Of a DNA stretch of 20,000 nucleotides, positions 9,137-16,106 are shown piece by piece (position 1 is the stretch's first letter; the number at the start of each line of letters is the position of its first letter). Source of the DNA: an uncultured virus (IMG/VR IMGVR_UViG_3300021164_000915) (Duplodnaviria; Heunggongvirae; Uroviricota; Caudoviricetes); the IMG/VR virus record IMGVR_UViG_3300021164_000915. The stretch is one strand, 5' to 3'. The translations under genes and the position numbers were made by a program. The notes under the pieces were generated by a model that had not been told where the DNA came from, did not search any database, and was given only the letters and a program-made list of their open reading frames with translations.

Positions 9137-9411
9137 TTTGTTCTAATAAAGAATGCGCTAAAGACTTTGAATCCAAGACACACAACCAGAAGTATTGTTC
9201 TGACGAGTGCTGCAGAGTTGCAACAAACAAAAGAATTATGCAAAAATACTACGAGAAAAAAGCAATTAAAAAAGGTGCAGTAAGGCTATGCAAAAAATGC
9301 AAGGCTCAGCTTAGCAGGTATAACTCTGACGACATATGTTCTTCTTGCGTAAAAGAAACAAATTTAAAATCAAGAAAGCTTTTGAAAGACATTGTAGATG
9401 AAATTAGCTAG
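9133..9411 (+). CDS. Cys-rich zinc-binding protein
   Basis: CSNKEC...KYCSDECC...CKKC...CSSC, with an ATGA overlap to the upstream gene. Confidence 0.75.
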   Translation: MICSNKECAKDFESKTHNQKYCSDECCRVATNKRIMQKYYEKKAIKKGAVRLCKKCKAQLSRYNSDDICSSCVKETNLKSRKLLKDIVDEIS

Positions 9412-9964
9412 CCTAATAAAGACAAAGGCAAATAGGGTTTTAGGTATAGATGCCTCAACTAACTCTATAGCCTTTTGTTTAATGGAGGACGACGTTCCCC
9501 TTAAATGGGGAAAGATTAATCTTGTAGGCGAAGACATATATGAAAAAATTCACGACGCTAAAAATAAAATGGCTATGATGTTAGATGAACTTAAGAGTGA
9601 TTATATTGCTGTTGAAGGTGCCATACTTGTCAGATCGCCTGATGCTGTGATAAAATTGTCCTATGTCTATGGAGTTGTTATTGCTGAGCTTATGTCTACT
9701 GGTGCTAAAGTTATTACTATTAGCCCATCCTCGTGGCAGGCGTACATTGGCAACAAAAATCCTACGAAAGATGAGAAGTCTGCAATAAGATTAGCTAATC
9801 CAGGGTATGCTGAATCTTGGTATAAAAATCAGTTAAGAAATATGAGAAAGCAAAGAACTGCTGATTACTTTAATAAAAAATATGGTTTAGAGATTGTAGA
9901 TTTTGATGTTGCAGATAGCTTTGGAATCGCACACTACAGCAACCAGGTGCTTACTAAGCGATGA
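9398..9964 (+). CDS. ruvC: RuvC-like Holliday junction resolvase
   Basis: RVLGIDAS (Asp), IAVEG (Glu), SPSSWQ, and C-terminal DVADSFGIA (DxxD). Confidence 0.85.
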   Translation: MKLASLIKTKANRVLGIDASTNSIAFCLMEDDVPLKWGKINLVGEDIYEKIHDAKNKMAMMLDELKSDYIAVEGAILVRSPDAVIKLSYVYGVVIAELMSTGAKVITISPSSWQAYIGNKNPTKDEKSAIRLANPGYAESWYKNQLRNMRKQRTADYFNKKYGLEIVDFDVADSFGIAHYSNQVLTKR

Positions 9965-10107
9965 AGCTTTATCAAAGTAAAGATTGGCTATATAGAAGAT
10001 ACATAGTTCAAAAGAAAACAGTTACAGAAATAGGTAAAGAGTGCGGGGTCTCTGCTATGACTATACAGAGATATTTACAAGAGTTTGGATTGTTAAGAAA
10101 AAAATGA
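9961..10107 (+). CDS. Small helix-turn-helix DNA-binding protein (48 aa), absent from ORF track
   Basis: MKLYQSKDWLYRRYIVQKKTVTEIGKECGVSAMTIQRYLQEFGLLRKK*. Canonical HTH (T..EI.KECGVS..TI.RYL) with ATGA overlaps at both ends. Confidence 0.85.
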   Translation: MKLYQSKDWLYRRYIVQKKTVTEIGKECGVSAMTIQRYLQEFGLLRKK

Positions 10108-10430
10108 GCGAGTACCCAAATAAAGATGGCGGATATCAGGCTTGGATAACAGACCTTCAGTTAATTGCAACAGATGCTCCTTCTGGCCACAAGATCATTA
10201 GAGAGTGTTTAGATATTTCAGAGATGCTTATAAAGAAAAATATCTCATACGGAAACTCAGCATTAGATCCAATTCGCATATTTTCCAAGGCGGATTCAAC
10301 AGAACAGATTCGTGTCCGAATTGATGATAAATTAAATAGAATTCAAAACGATAAAGCATTTCCTGGCGATAATGATATTGATGATCTAATTGGATACCTA
10401 ATACTTCTTAAAATTGCCAACAAGTCTTAG
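10104..10430 (+). CDS. Nucleotide-modification-associated domain 1 (Nmad1/DUF1599)-like protein
   Basis: KKNISYGNS...IRVRIDDKLNRI...DIDDLIGYLIL signature. Start moved from 10041 to the ATG at 10104 (ATGA coupling). Confidence 0.75.
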   Translation: MSEYPNKDGGYQAWITDLQLIATDAPSGHKIIRECLDISEMLIKKNISYGNSALDPIRIFSKADSTEQIRVRIDDKLNRIQNDKAFPGDNDIDDLIGYLILLKIANKS

Positions 10431-10442
10431 TCAACTAAAACG

Positions 10443-10451
10443 TGGTATAAT
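10443..10451 (+). promoter_or_regulatory. Extended -10 promoter (TGG-TATAAT), probably leaderless
   Basis: TG-n-TATAAT followed 6 nt later by the ATG at 10458, with no SD. Confidence 0.7.
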
Positions 10452-10457
10452 TTAATT

Positions 10458-11006
10458 ATGAGCGAAATAGAGCCAGCGGTACATTTTGACCGCATGAATA
10501 AGGTTGTGGAAGAACTTCTAAAGGGAAATTCTGCAACACAGATAGCAACACTCACTGGGTTCTCTAGAAAAGAAGTCCTGGAATATGTTGACGAATGGAA
10601 GTCTGTAGTCCATAATGATAGCAATATCCGTGACCGTGCTCGTGAAGCTATCTCTGGAGCAGATCAGCACTATGCGATGCTAATTAAAGAAGCCTGGAAG
10701 ACTGTAGAGGATGCGGACACCCAGGGGCAGCTAAGCGTGAAAGCGAGTGCCCTAAAACTAATTGCAGATATTGAAACCAAAAGAATAGCAATGCTTCAGT
10801 CAGTGGGAGTATTAGAGAATACACAAATAGCATCTCAGATTGCCGAGACAGAACGTAAACAAGAAGTTTTAGTTGGAATTTTAAAAGAGGTTACTGCTGG
10901 TTGCCCTAAATGTAAAATGGATGTTGCAAAGAGGCTATCTCAGATTACTGGCATAGTTGAGTCAGTAAATATTCACGACGCAGAAGTGATAACCAATGTT
11001 CAATAA
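10458..11006 (+). CDS. HTH DNA-binding protein, terminase small subunit candidate
   Basis: N-terminal HTH (LLKGNSATQIATLTGFSRKEV), a helical coiled middle region and a CPKC. It sits two genes upstream of the large terminase. Confidence 0.6.
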   Translation: MSEIEPAVHFDRMNKVVEELLKGNSATQIATLTGFSRKEVLEYVDEWKSVVHNDSNIRDRAREAISGADQHYAMLIKEAWKTVEDADTQGQLSVKASALKLIADIETKRIAMLQSVGVLENTQIASQIAETERKQEVLVGILKEVTAGCPKCKMDVAKRLSQITGIVESVNIHDAEVITNVQ

Positions 11007-11619
11007 AGATTTATTTGAAAAAATTGGCGAAGACATATATGTATATCGTAATTTCATGAGCCCCGAAGAATCTGATTCGGTAACACTGTACCTAGATAGC
11101 CTCCCCCCAGAAGACTACTGGCAGCCGCACCCTGAGAAAAGGTTTAAGGTAATAGAAGAAAAGGGCGTTGAGCGTTTGCAAGAAATTAGATCTAGGATTC
11201 AATCTCTTCTACACGACGGGTATTTTGTTGGCACAAATATTCATCCTCACAAATTATTACAAGGTACTAAAAGATATGCACATTCTGACAACTCAGAGTT
11301 TCTAGAGGCATCAAAGGCCTCAGCACTTTATGTTGATGGCGAAGAGTTCGACTACGCAGACGGCATTGACATGGGAATGTATATATTCTTTAATGATTTT
11401 GAAGGCGGAGAATTTTACTATGAGGAGCAAGACATTGTATACAAGCCATTGAAAGGCGACCTGATATTCCATAGTCCAGAAGATCATTGCAAACATTCAA
11501 CTAAAGAAGTTTTAAGTGAAAAGTATTATGCTTGGCCAAATCATATATACCACATGATAAAGGTTCCAAAAGGATATGTTCCGTCTGGCCACCCTCTAAC
11601 TAATTCAATGGGGAGGTAG
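10996..11619 (+). CDS. 2OG-Fe(II) oxygenase (prolyl-4-hydroxylase-like)
   Basis: IYVYRNFMSPEE, HxD (AHSDN), 'YIFFNDFEGGEF', 'YKPLKGDLIFH', and distal His (CKHST). Confidence 0.85.
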   Translation: MFNKDLFEKIGEDIYVYRNFMSPEESDSVTLYLDSLPPEDYWQPHPEKRFKVIEEKGVERLQEIRSRIQSLLHDGYFVGTNIHPHKLLQGTKRYAHSDNSEFLEASKASALYVDGEEFDYADGIDMGMYIFFNDFEGGEFYYEEQDIVYKPLKGDLIFHSPEDHCKHSTKEVLSEKYYAWPNHIYHMIKVPKGYVPSGHPLTNSMGR

Positions 11620-11620
11620 C

Positions 11621-13423
11621 ATGTCATTTAATTTCTCAGACTTAATTGACATATTGGACGGCGAAGAATTTGAAGAGAAGCCAGTAGATCTTCGTACATT
11701 TGTAAATGACCCTAAGTATTTAGGTCTACCACCGCTTTCAGAATATCAATATATATTAATTGAAAAAAGTTCTCAGATATATAAAGAGTCTACTTTAAAA
11801 AAATTATTTGGTGAAGATGAAGGCCATATAAGATTTAAACAAACTGCCAATGAAGTTGTAGCTCAATTGGGAAAAGGTTCTGGAAAAGATTATTGCTCTA
11901 CAATTGCCGTGGCGTATATCGTATATTTATTGCTATGCTTAAAAGACCCAGCAACATATTATGGCAAGCCCCCTGGCGACTCAATTGATATTATTAATAT
12001 TGCAATCAACTCACAGCAAGCAACCAACGTATTCTTTAAAGGTTTTAAGAGCCGAATAGATAAATCCCCGTGGTTTATTGGTAAATATTATTCTAAAGCA
12101 TCTGAAATTCAATTTAACAAAGCCATAACAGTTCACTCTGGCCACTCAGAAAGAGAAGCCTGGGAAGGATATAACGTTATAGTTGTTATTCTTGATGAGA
12201 TTTCTGGTTTTGCTATTGACAATACAACTGGTCACGATCAAGCAAAAACAGGTAGCGCAGTTTATGATATGTATAGAGCATCAGTAGATTCCCGTTTTCC
12301 AGATTTTGGTAAAGTTATTCTTTTATCATTCCCTAGATTTAAGAATGATTACATACAGCAAAGATATGATGCGGTTGTAGGAGAAAAAGAGACCGTGGTA
12401 AGGGATCATAAATTTAAAATGTATGAAGAGTTGCCAGATGGGACAAGTGGAAATGAATTTGAAATACAGTGGGAAGAAGATCACATTGTATCTTATAAGA
12501 TACCTAAAGTTTATGCTCTTAAGAGACCAACCTGGGAAGTTAATCCAGTTAGAAAAATTGACGATTTTAAAACAGCCTTTTATACAAACCCAACAGATGC
12601 TCTTTCAAGATTTGCCTGCATGCCACCAGACGCAGTTGATGCATTCTTTAAATCAAGAGAAAAAGTAGAAAAAGCTTTTAATGTTGGCTCTATAGCCGTA
12701 GATAATTTTGGCAGACTCGAAGAGTGGTTTATACCAGACCCAGACAAAAAGTATTACATTCATGTAGACTTAGCTCAAAAGCATGACCATTGTGCGGTGA
12801 CTATGGCTCATGTTAATAAATGGGTTAACGTAAAGGTGACAGACACTTATTCGCAACCTGCACCCATTGTAGAGGTTGACGCAGTCAGATATTGGACGCC
12901 AACACCAGATAAATCAGTTGACTTTACAGAAGTAAAAGACTACATTCTTTCTCTTAAAACCAGAGGATTTAATATAGCAATATGTACCTTTGACAGATGG
13001 AACTCTCATGACATGATGCAACAACTAAAACAATATGGCATCAATACAGAGATTCTATCTGTCGCTAAAAAACACTATGACGACATGGCAATGATTGTAG
13101 CGGAAGAAAGACTTATTGGGCCACACATACCCCTGCTAATAGATGAGCTATGCCAGCTTAGAATTATGAGAGACAAGGTAGACCACCCAAGAAAAGGCTC
13201 TAAGGACTTAGCCGATGCTACATGCGGAGCAATATTTAATTCAATTAGTAGAACAAGGTTTGATAACAATCAAGAAATAAATGTACATACTTATGAATCA
13301 ATGAGCTATGACAATGACTTTGGGGATAAAGATGACCCAGACACAACATCTTACAATCTGATCAGGGCACCAAGAATGCCTGAAGGTCTTAGAGAAGCAA
13401 TGGACAGGATGCAAATATTATGA
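11621..13423 (+). CDS. terL: Terminase large subunit
   Basis: Walker A GKGSGKD, Walker B VVILDE and coupling motif LLSFP. The RNase H-fold nuclease has HVDLA...TFDRWNS...DHPRKGSKDLADA. SD GGAGG upstream. Confidence 0.92.
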   Translation: MSFNFSDLIDILDGEEFEEKPVDLRTFVNDPKYLGLPPLSEYQYILIEKSSQIYKESTLKKLFGEDEGHIRFKQTANEVVAQLGKGSGKDYCSTIAVAYIVYLLLCLKDPATYYGKPPGDSIDIINIAINSQQATNVFFKGFKSRIDKSPWFIGKYYSKASEIQFNKAITVHSGHSEREAWEGYNVIVVILDEISGFAIDNTTGHDQAKTGSAVYDMYRASVDSRFPDFGKVILLSFPRFKNDYIQQRYDAVVGEKETVVRDHKFKMYEELPDGTSGNEFEIQWEEDHIVSYKIPKVYALKRPTWEVNPVRKIDDFKTAFYTNPTDALSRFACMPPDAVDAFFKSREKVEKAFNVGSIAVDNFGRLEEWFIPDPDKKYYIHVDLAQKHDHCAVTMAHVNKWVNVKVTDTYSQPAPIVEVDAVRYWTPTPDKSVDFTEVKDYILSLKTRGFNIAICTFDRWNSHDMMQQLKQYGINTEILSVAKKHYDDMAMIVAEERLIGPHIPLLIDELCQLRIMRDKVDHPRKGSKDLADATCGAIFNSISRTRFDNNQEINVHTYESMSYDNDFGDKDDPDTTSYNLIRAPRMPEGLREAMDRMQIL

Positions 13424-13653
13424 GCGAATATCAAGAACTAGCAAAGCAGTGTAAGTGCTGTACTAAACATGTGCCTTTACCAACCGTAATGAAGCTATAC
13501 AACGGATCAATTGTGTGCCCAACAACATTACAAAATATAATAGAATACAAAAGGCTCTGGGAGTCATTTGGGTCCAGGCCTATGGGCAGCATAAGAAAAC
13601 ATTTTTCTGAGTACGTGCAACAAATTGTTGAGAAAGAATTTATCAATGAGTAA
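13420..13653 (+). CDS. Hypothetical Cys-containing protein
   Basis: CKCC...VCPTT, with an ATGA overlap to terL. Confidence 0.7.
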   Translation: MSEYQELAKQCKCCTKHVPLPTVMKLYNGSIVCPTTLQNIIEYKRLWESFGSRPMGSIRKHFSEYVQQIVEKEFINE

Positions 13654-13738
13654 TAAATTTTTAATTATTAAATATTATTTATATAGATTTAAGAAAAAAT
13701 TTACTAAGAAACAAAAATCTGATAGGTTTATTTATTAA
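13646..13738 (+). CDS. Basic micro-protein (30 aa) ending KKQKSDRFIY, absent from ORF track
   Basis: MSNKFLIIKYYLYRFKKKFTKKQKSDRFIY*. The ORF stays open through very AT-rich sequence, fills the gap exactly, and stops 11 nt before the carbamoyltransferase ATG. Confidence 0.65.
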   Translation: MSNKFLIIKYYLYRFKKKFTKKQKSDRFIY

Positions 13739-13749
13739 TTAGGGGCAAG

Positions 13750-15192
13750 ATGACTATAATTTTGGGTATAAACGAAACATCTCATGACGCCTCTGTGTCT
13801 TTAATTAAAGATGGAAAAATTTTATTTGCATCACATGCAGAAAGATACAGTAAGCAAAAAAACGATTGGTACAATAATAAAGAAATCATACTGGATGCGC
13901 TAAATTATGGCACACCAAATGCAATTGCTTATTACGAAAAGCCTTTGCTTAAAAAATCTAGAATGATTATTCACGGCGGGGCAAGTGATTGGAAGCCAAA
14001 ATTTCCAATCGACCTACCAGTACATTATTTTAAACACCACTACTCACACGCAGCAGCTGGGTACTACACCAGCTCATTTAATAGCGCTGCGATTGTAGTT
14101 CTAGATGCAATTGGAGAATATAATACTTCAACAATTTGGATCGGTGAAGGTGAAAAGATTAAGCTTAAATACAAACAAAACTACCCAGTTAGCTTTGGAT
14201 TATTTTATTCTGCCTTTACAAAACTTATAGGGCTTTTACCTAATCAAGAAGAATATATAATGATGGGGATGGCGGCATATGGAGACTGGACAAGATACTA
14301 TAAAGAGGTAGACGAATACTTCCCCCAGTATAATGAGCAAAAATATAATTTTCACAAAGGTATTCACGACTGGGGTATGGTTATTACAGAGCAAGACAGG
14401 TTCGATATTGCGGCGGCAGTTCAGATGGTATATGAGCAAAGGCTAAATGATTTTATGCGTATGGCACAGAGAGTTACTGGTAAAAAAAACTTAGTGTTTA
14501 TGGGTGGGTGTGCTCTAAATTCCTCAGCCAATACTTTGCTATGGAAAATATTTGATATGATTTGGATTATGCCAAACCCTGGAGATGCTGGAAGTTCTTT
14601 GGGAGCAGCAGCAGCATTGTATGGAAAACATATTGAATGGGAAACTCCATACCTTGGACATGATCTTGGCAAAGACTACCCAATACAGCAAATTGTTAAT
14701 GGAATATTAAAAGATGGAATAGTGGCGGTGGCATCAGGAAGAGCGGAGTATGGCCCTAGAGCTTTAGGAAACAGATCAATACTGGCAGACCCTAGAGATC
14801 CAGAAATTAAAAACAAAGTCAATCTTATTAAGCAGAGAGAGATGTTTAGGCCATTTGCACCTGTAGTTATGGCGGAGCATGCTTCTAAATGGTTTGATAT
14901 GGACTTCGAAAGCCCATACATGCAGTATACTGTTAAGTGTTTGCAGCCAGATGCAATCCCATCTGTAGTACACGCAGACGGAACCTCAAGAGTTCAGACA
15001 GTAAATAAGGATCAGCATAGAGGTCTATGGAGAGTTTTAAATAAATTCTATTTACAAACTGGTGTTCCTGTATTGCTTAATACAAGCCTTAACATAAAGG
15101 GCCAACCCTTATTAAATGACACTAATGACATAAGGCAGTGGGAATCAGAGTATAATTTTAAAATACTAACAGGTAATGGAGACAGTATATGA
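13750..15192 (+). CDS. Carbamoyltransferase, NodU/CmcH (TobZ-like) family
   Basis: ILGIN..SHDAS, AERYSKQK, HHYSHAAAG, VLDAIGE, EEYIMMGMAAYG, GGCALN, PGDAGSS, EYGPRALGNRSILADP, KQREMFRPFAP, HADGTSRVQTV, LLNTSLN. Confidence 0.96.
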   Translation: MTIILGINETSHDASVSLIKDGKILFASHAERYSKQKNDWYNNKEIILDALNYGTPNAIAYYEKPLLKKSRMIIHGGASDWKPKFPIDLPVHYFKHHYSHAAAGYYTSSFNSAAIVVLDAIGEYNTSTIWIGEGEKIKLKYKQNYPVSFGLFYSAFTKLIGLLPNQEEYIMMGMAAYGDWTRYYKEVDEYFPQYNEQKYNFHKGIHDWGMVITEQDRFDIAAAVQMVYEQRLNDFMRMAQRVTGKKNLVFMGGCALNSSANTLLWKIFDMIWIMPNPGDAGSSLGAAAALYGKHIEWETPYLGHDLGKDYPIQQIVNGILKDGIVAVASGRAEYGPRALGNRSILADPRDPEIKNKVNLIKQREMFRPFAPVVMAEHASKWFDMDFESPYMQYTVKCLQPDAIPSVVHADGTSRVQTVNKDQHRGLWRVLNKFYLQTGVPVLLNTSLNIKGQPLLNDTNDIRQWESEYNFKILTGNGDSI

Positions 15193-15803
15193 ATGAATTT
15201 GAACAGAAAACAATTACCATAAATTCCCCAGCTGGTAGCGGAAACGTATTTTGCCAAGCTTTGATAGATGGTAATATGTTTGCTAATTTACGTTTTGCTG
15301 GACACGAGGTAAGAGCTTTTGATTATCACGGAATTAATTTATATATATTAAGAAATCCATATGACACAATAGCCTCTGGCGTTGAGATAAACTTTGAGGC
15401 ACTTGATTGGAGAGAGCAGAAGTTTTTTATAGAAAACTTTGATTATATGATAAAAGATTCAATCATAACCCAGCAGTGGGACTACGATAGATTTTTACAT
15501 TATGCACAATCATTTGACTATGTAACCACGGTAGATTTTGAATTATTAACTAAATCTCCACAACATTTTATTGATCTTATTTCTAAAAAATTTGATATTC
15601 CACTTAAAGAAAAAAGGCTTGCTACAGAAGACACTATCAATAGTTTAAAGAAAGATAGACTTTTAAGGAGTAGGGTCCCAAGAGATCCATCTGAAATACG
15701 CAAAAAAATAAATCTAGCAGTAAATAGCCATGAGCCACTAAAGTATTCTTATCAGGCATACTCAGAATATATAGATAAGATTGATTTAAGATTAATAAAG
15801 TAA
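15189..15803 (+). CDS. Sulfotransferase-like P-loop protein
   Basis: 5'-PSB-like loop SPAGSGNVF, 3'-PB motif ILRNPYDTIAS, and 'VDFELL...P'. ATGA overlap with the carbamoyltransferase. Confidence 0.6.
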   Translation: MNEFEQKTITINSPAGSGNVFCQALIDGNMFANLRFAGHEVRAFDYHGINLYILRNPYDTIASGVEINFEALDWREQKFFIENFDYMIKDSIITQQWDYDRFLHYAQSFDYVTTVDFELLTKSPQHFIDLISKKFDIPLKEKRLATEDTINSLKKDRLLRSRVPRDPSEIRKKINLAVNSHEPLKYSYQAYSEYIDKIDLRLIK

Positions 15804-15808
15804 AACCA

Positions 15809-15837
15809 TTGACGATATTGACACCATAAAGTATAAT
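15809..15837 (+). promoter_or_regulatory. Near-consensus sigma70/SigA promoter for the tRNA cluster
   Basis: TTGACG (15809-15814), 17-bp spacer, TATAAT (15832-15837). The first tRNA begins after a 9-nt gap. Confidence 0.85.
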
Positions 15838-15846
15838 ATATAAAAG

Positions 15847-15920
15847 GTGCCAGTAGCTTAGTTGGTTAAAGCCCCGAACTCATAATTCGGTAATCGTAGG
15901 TTCAAGTCCTACCTGGCACA
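15847..15920 (+). tRNA. tRNA with CAT anticodon (elongator Met or Ile2); no encoded CCA
   Basis: Acceptor GTGCCAG/CTGGCAC, D arm GCTT/AAGC, anticodon arm CCGAA-CTCATAA-TTCGG, T arm GTAGG-TTCAAGT-CCTAC. G1-C72 is paired and the anticodon stem has no GGG/CCC, so it is not an initiator. Confidence 0.93.
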
Positions 15921-15921
15921 C

Positions 15922-15993
15922 ACCTTTGTAGCTCAGCGGAAGAGCAACAGACTTCTAATCTGTAGGTCGCTGGTTCGATCCCAGCCAGGGGTA
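15922..15993 (+). tRNA. tRNA-Arg(TCT); no encoded CCA
   Basis: Acceptor ACCTTTG/CAGGGGT (2 G-U pairs), D loop with A20 (Arg identity), ACAGA-CTTCTAA-TCTGT, T arm GCTGG-TTCGATC-CCAGC. Confidence 0.93.
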
Positions 15994-15994
15994 C

Positions 15995-16067
15995 GTTCTT
16001 ATAGCTCAGTCGGTAGAGCAGCAGACTTTTAATCTGCGGGTCGATGGTTCGAGCCCATCTGGGGACA
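15995..16067 (+). tRNA. tRNA-Lys(TTT); no encoded CCA
   Basis: Acceptor GTTCTTA/TGGGGAC (3 G-U pairs), GCAGA-CTTTTAA-TCTGC, T arm GATGG-TTCGAGC-CCATC, discriminator A. Confidence 0.92.
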
Positions 16068-16090
16068 CAGTCTATAAAAATTAAAGAGAA

Positions 16091-16099
16091 TGGTATACT
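16091..16099 (+). promoter_or_regulatory. Extended -10 promoter (TGG-TATACT), probably leaderless
   Basis: TG-n-TATACT followed 7 nt later by the ATG at 16107, with no SD. Confidence 0.65.
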
Positions 16100-16106
16100 G
16101 ATATTT

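Noticed and set aside
1094..12668. Alternative-frame + strand ORFs inside dnaE, recA, the Cas4-like gene and terL (1094, 1388, 3146, 5426, 8499, 12423)
   Set aside because: They are fully nested in conserved genes and have no recognisable domains.
1006..13423. Inteins or introns in dnaE, recA or terL
   Set aside because: Lengths are ordinary, motifs are contiguous, and no intein ends or homing-endonuclease motifs were seen.
15818..15823. Second perfect TTGACA upstream of the tRNAs
   Set aside because: The hexamer 17 bp downstream (TAAAAG) is poor and would place the TSS inside the first tRNA.
15995..16067. Wobble pair at 3:70 of tRNA-Lys as an alanine identity element (mischarging)
   Set aside because: The pair is U3-G70, the reverse of the G3-U70 that AlaRS recognises.
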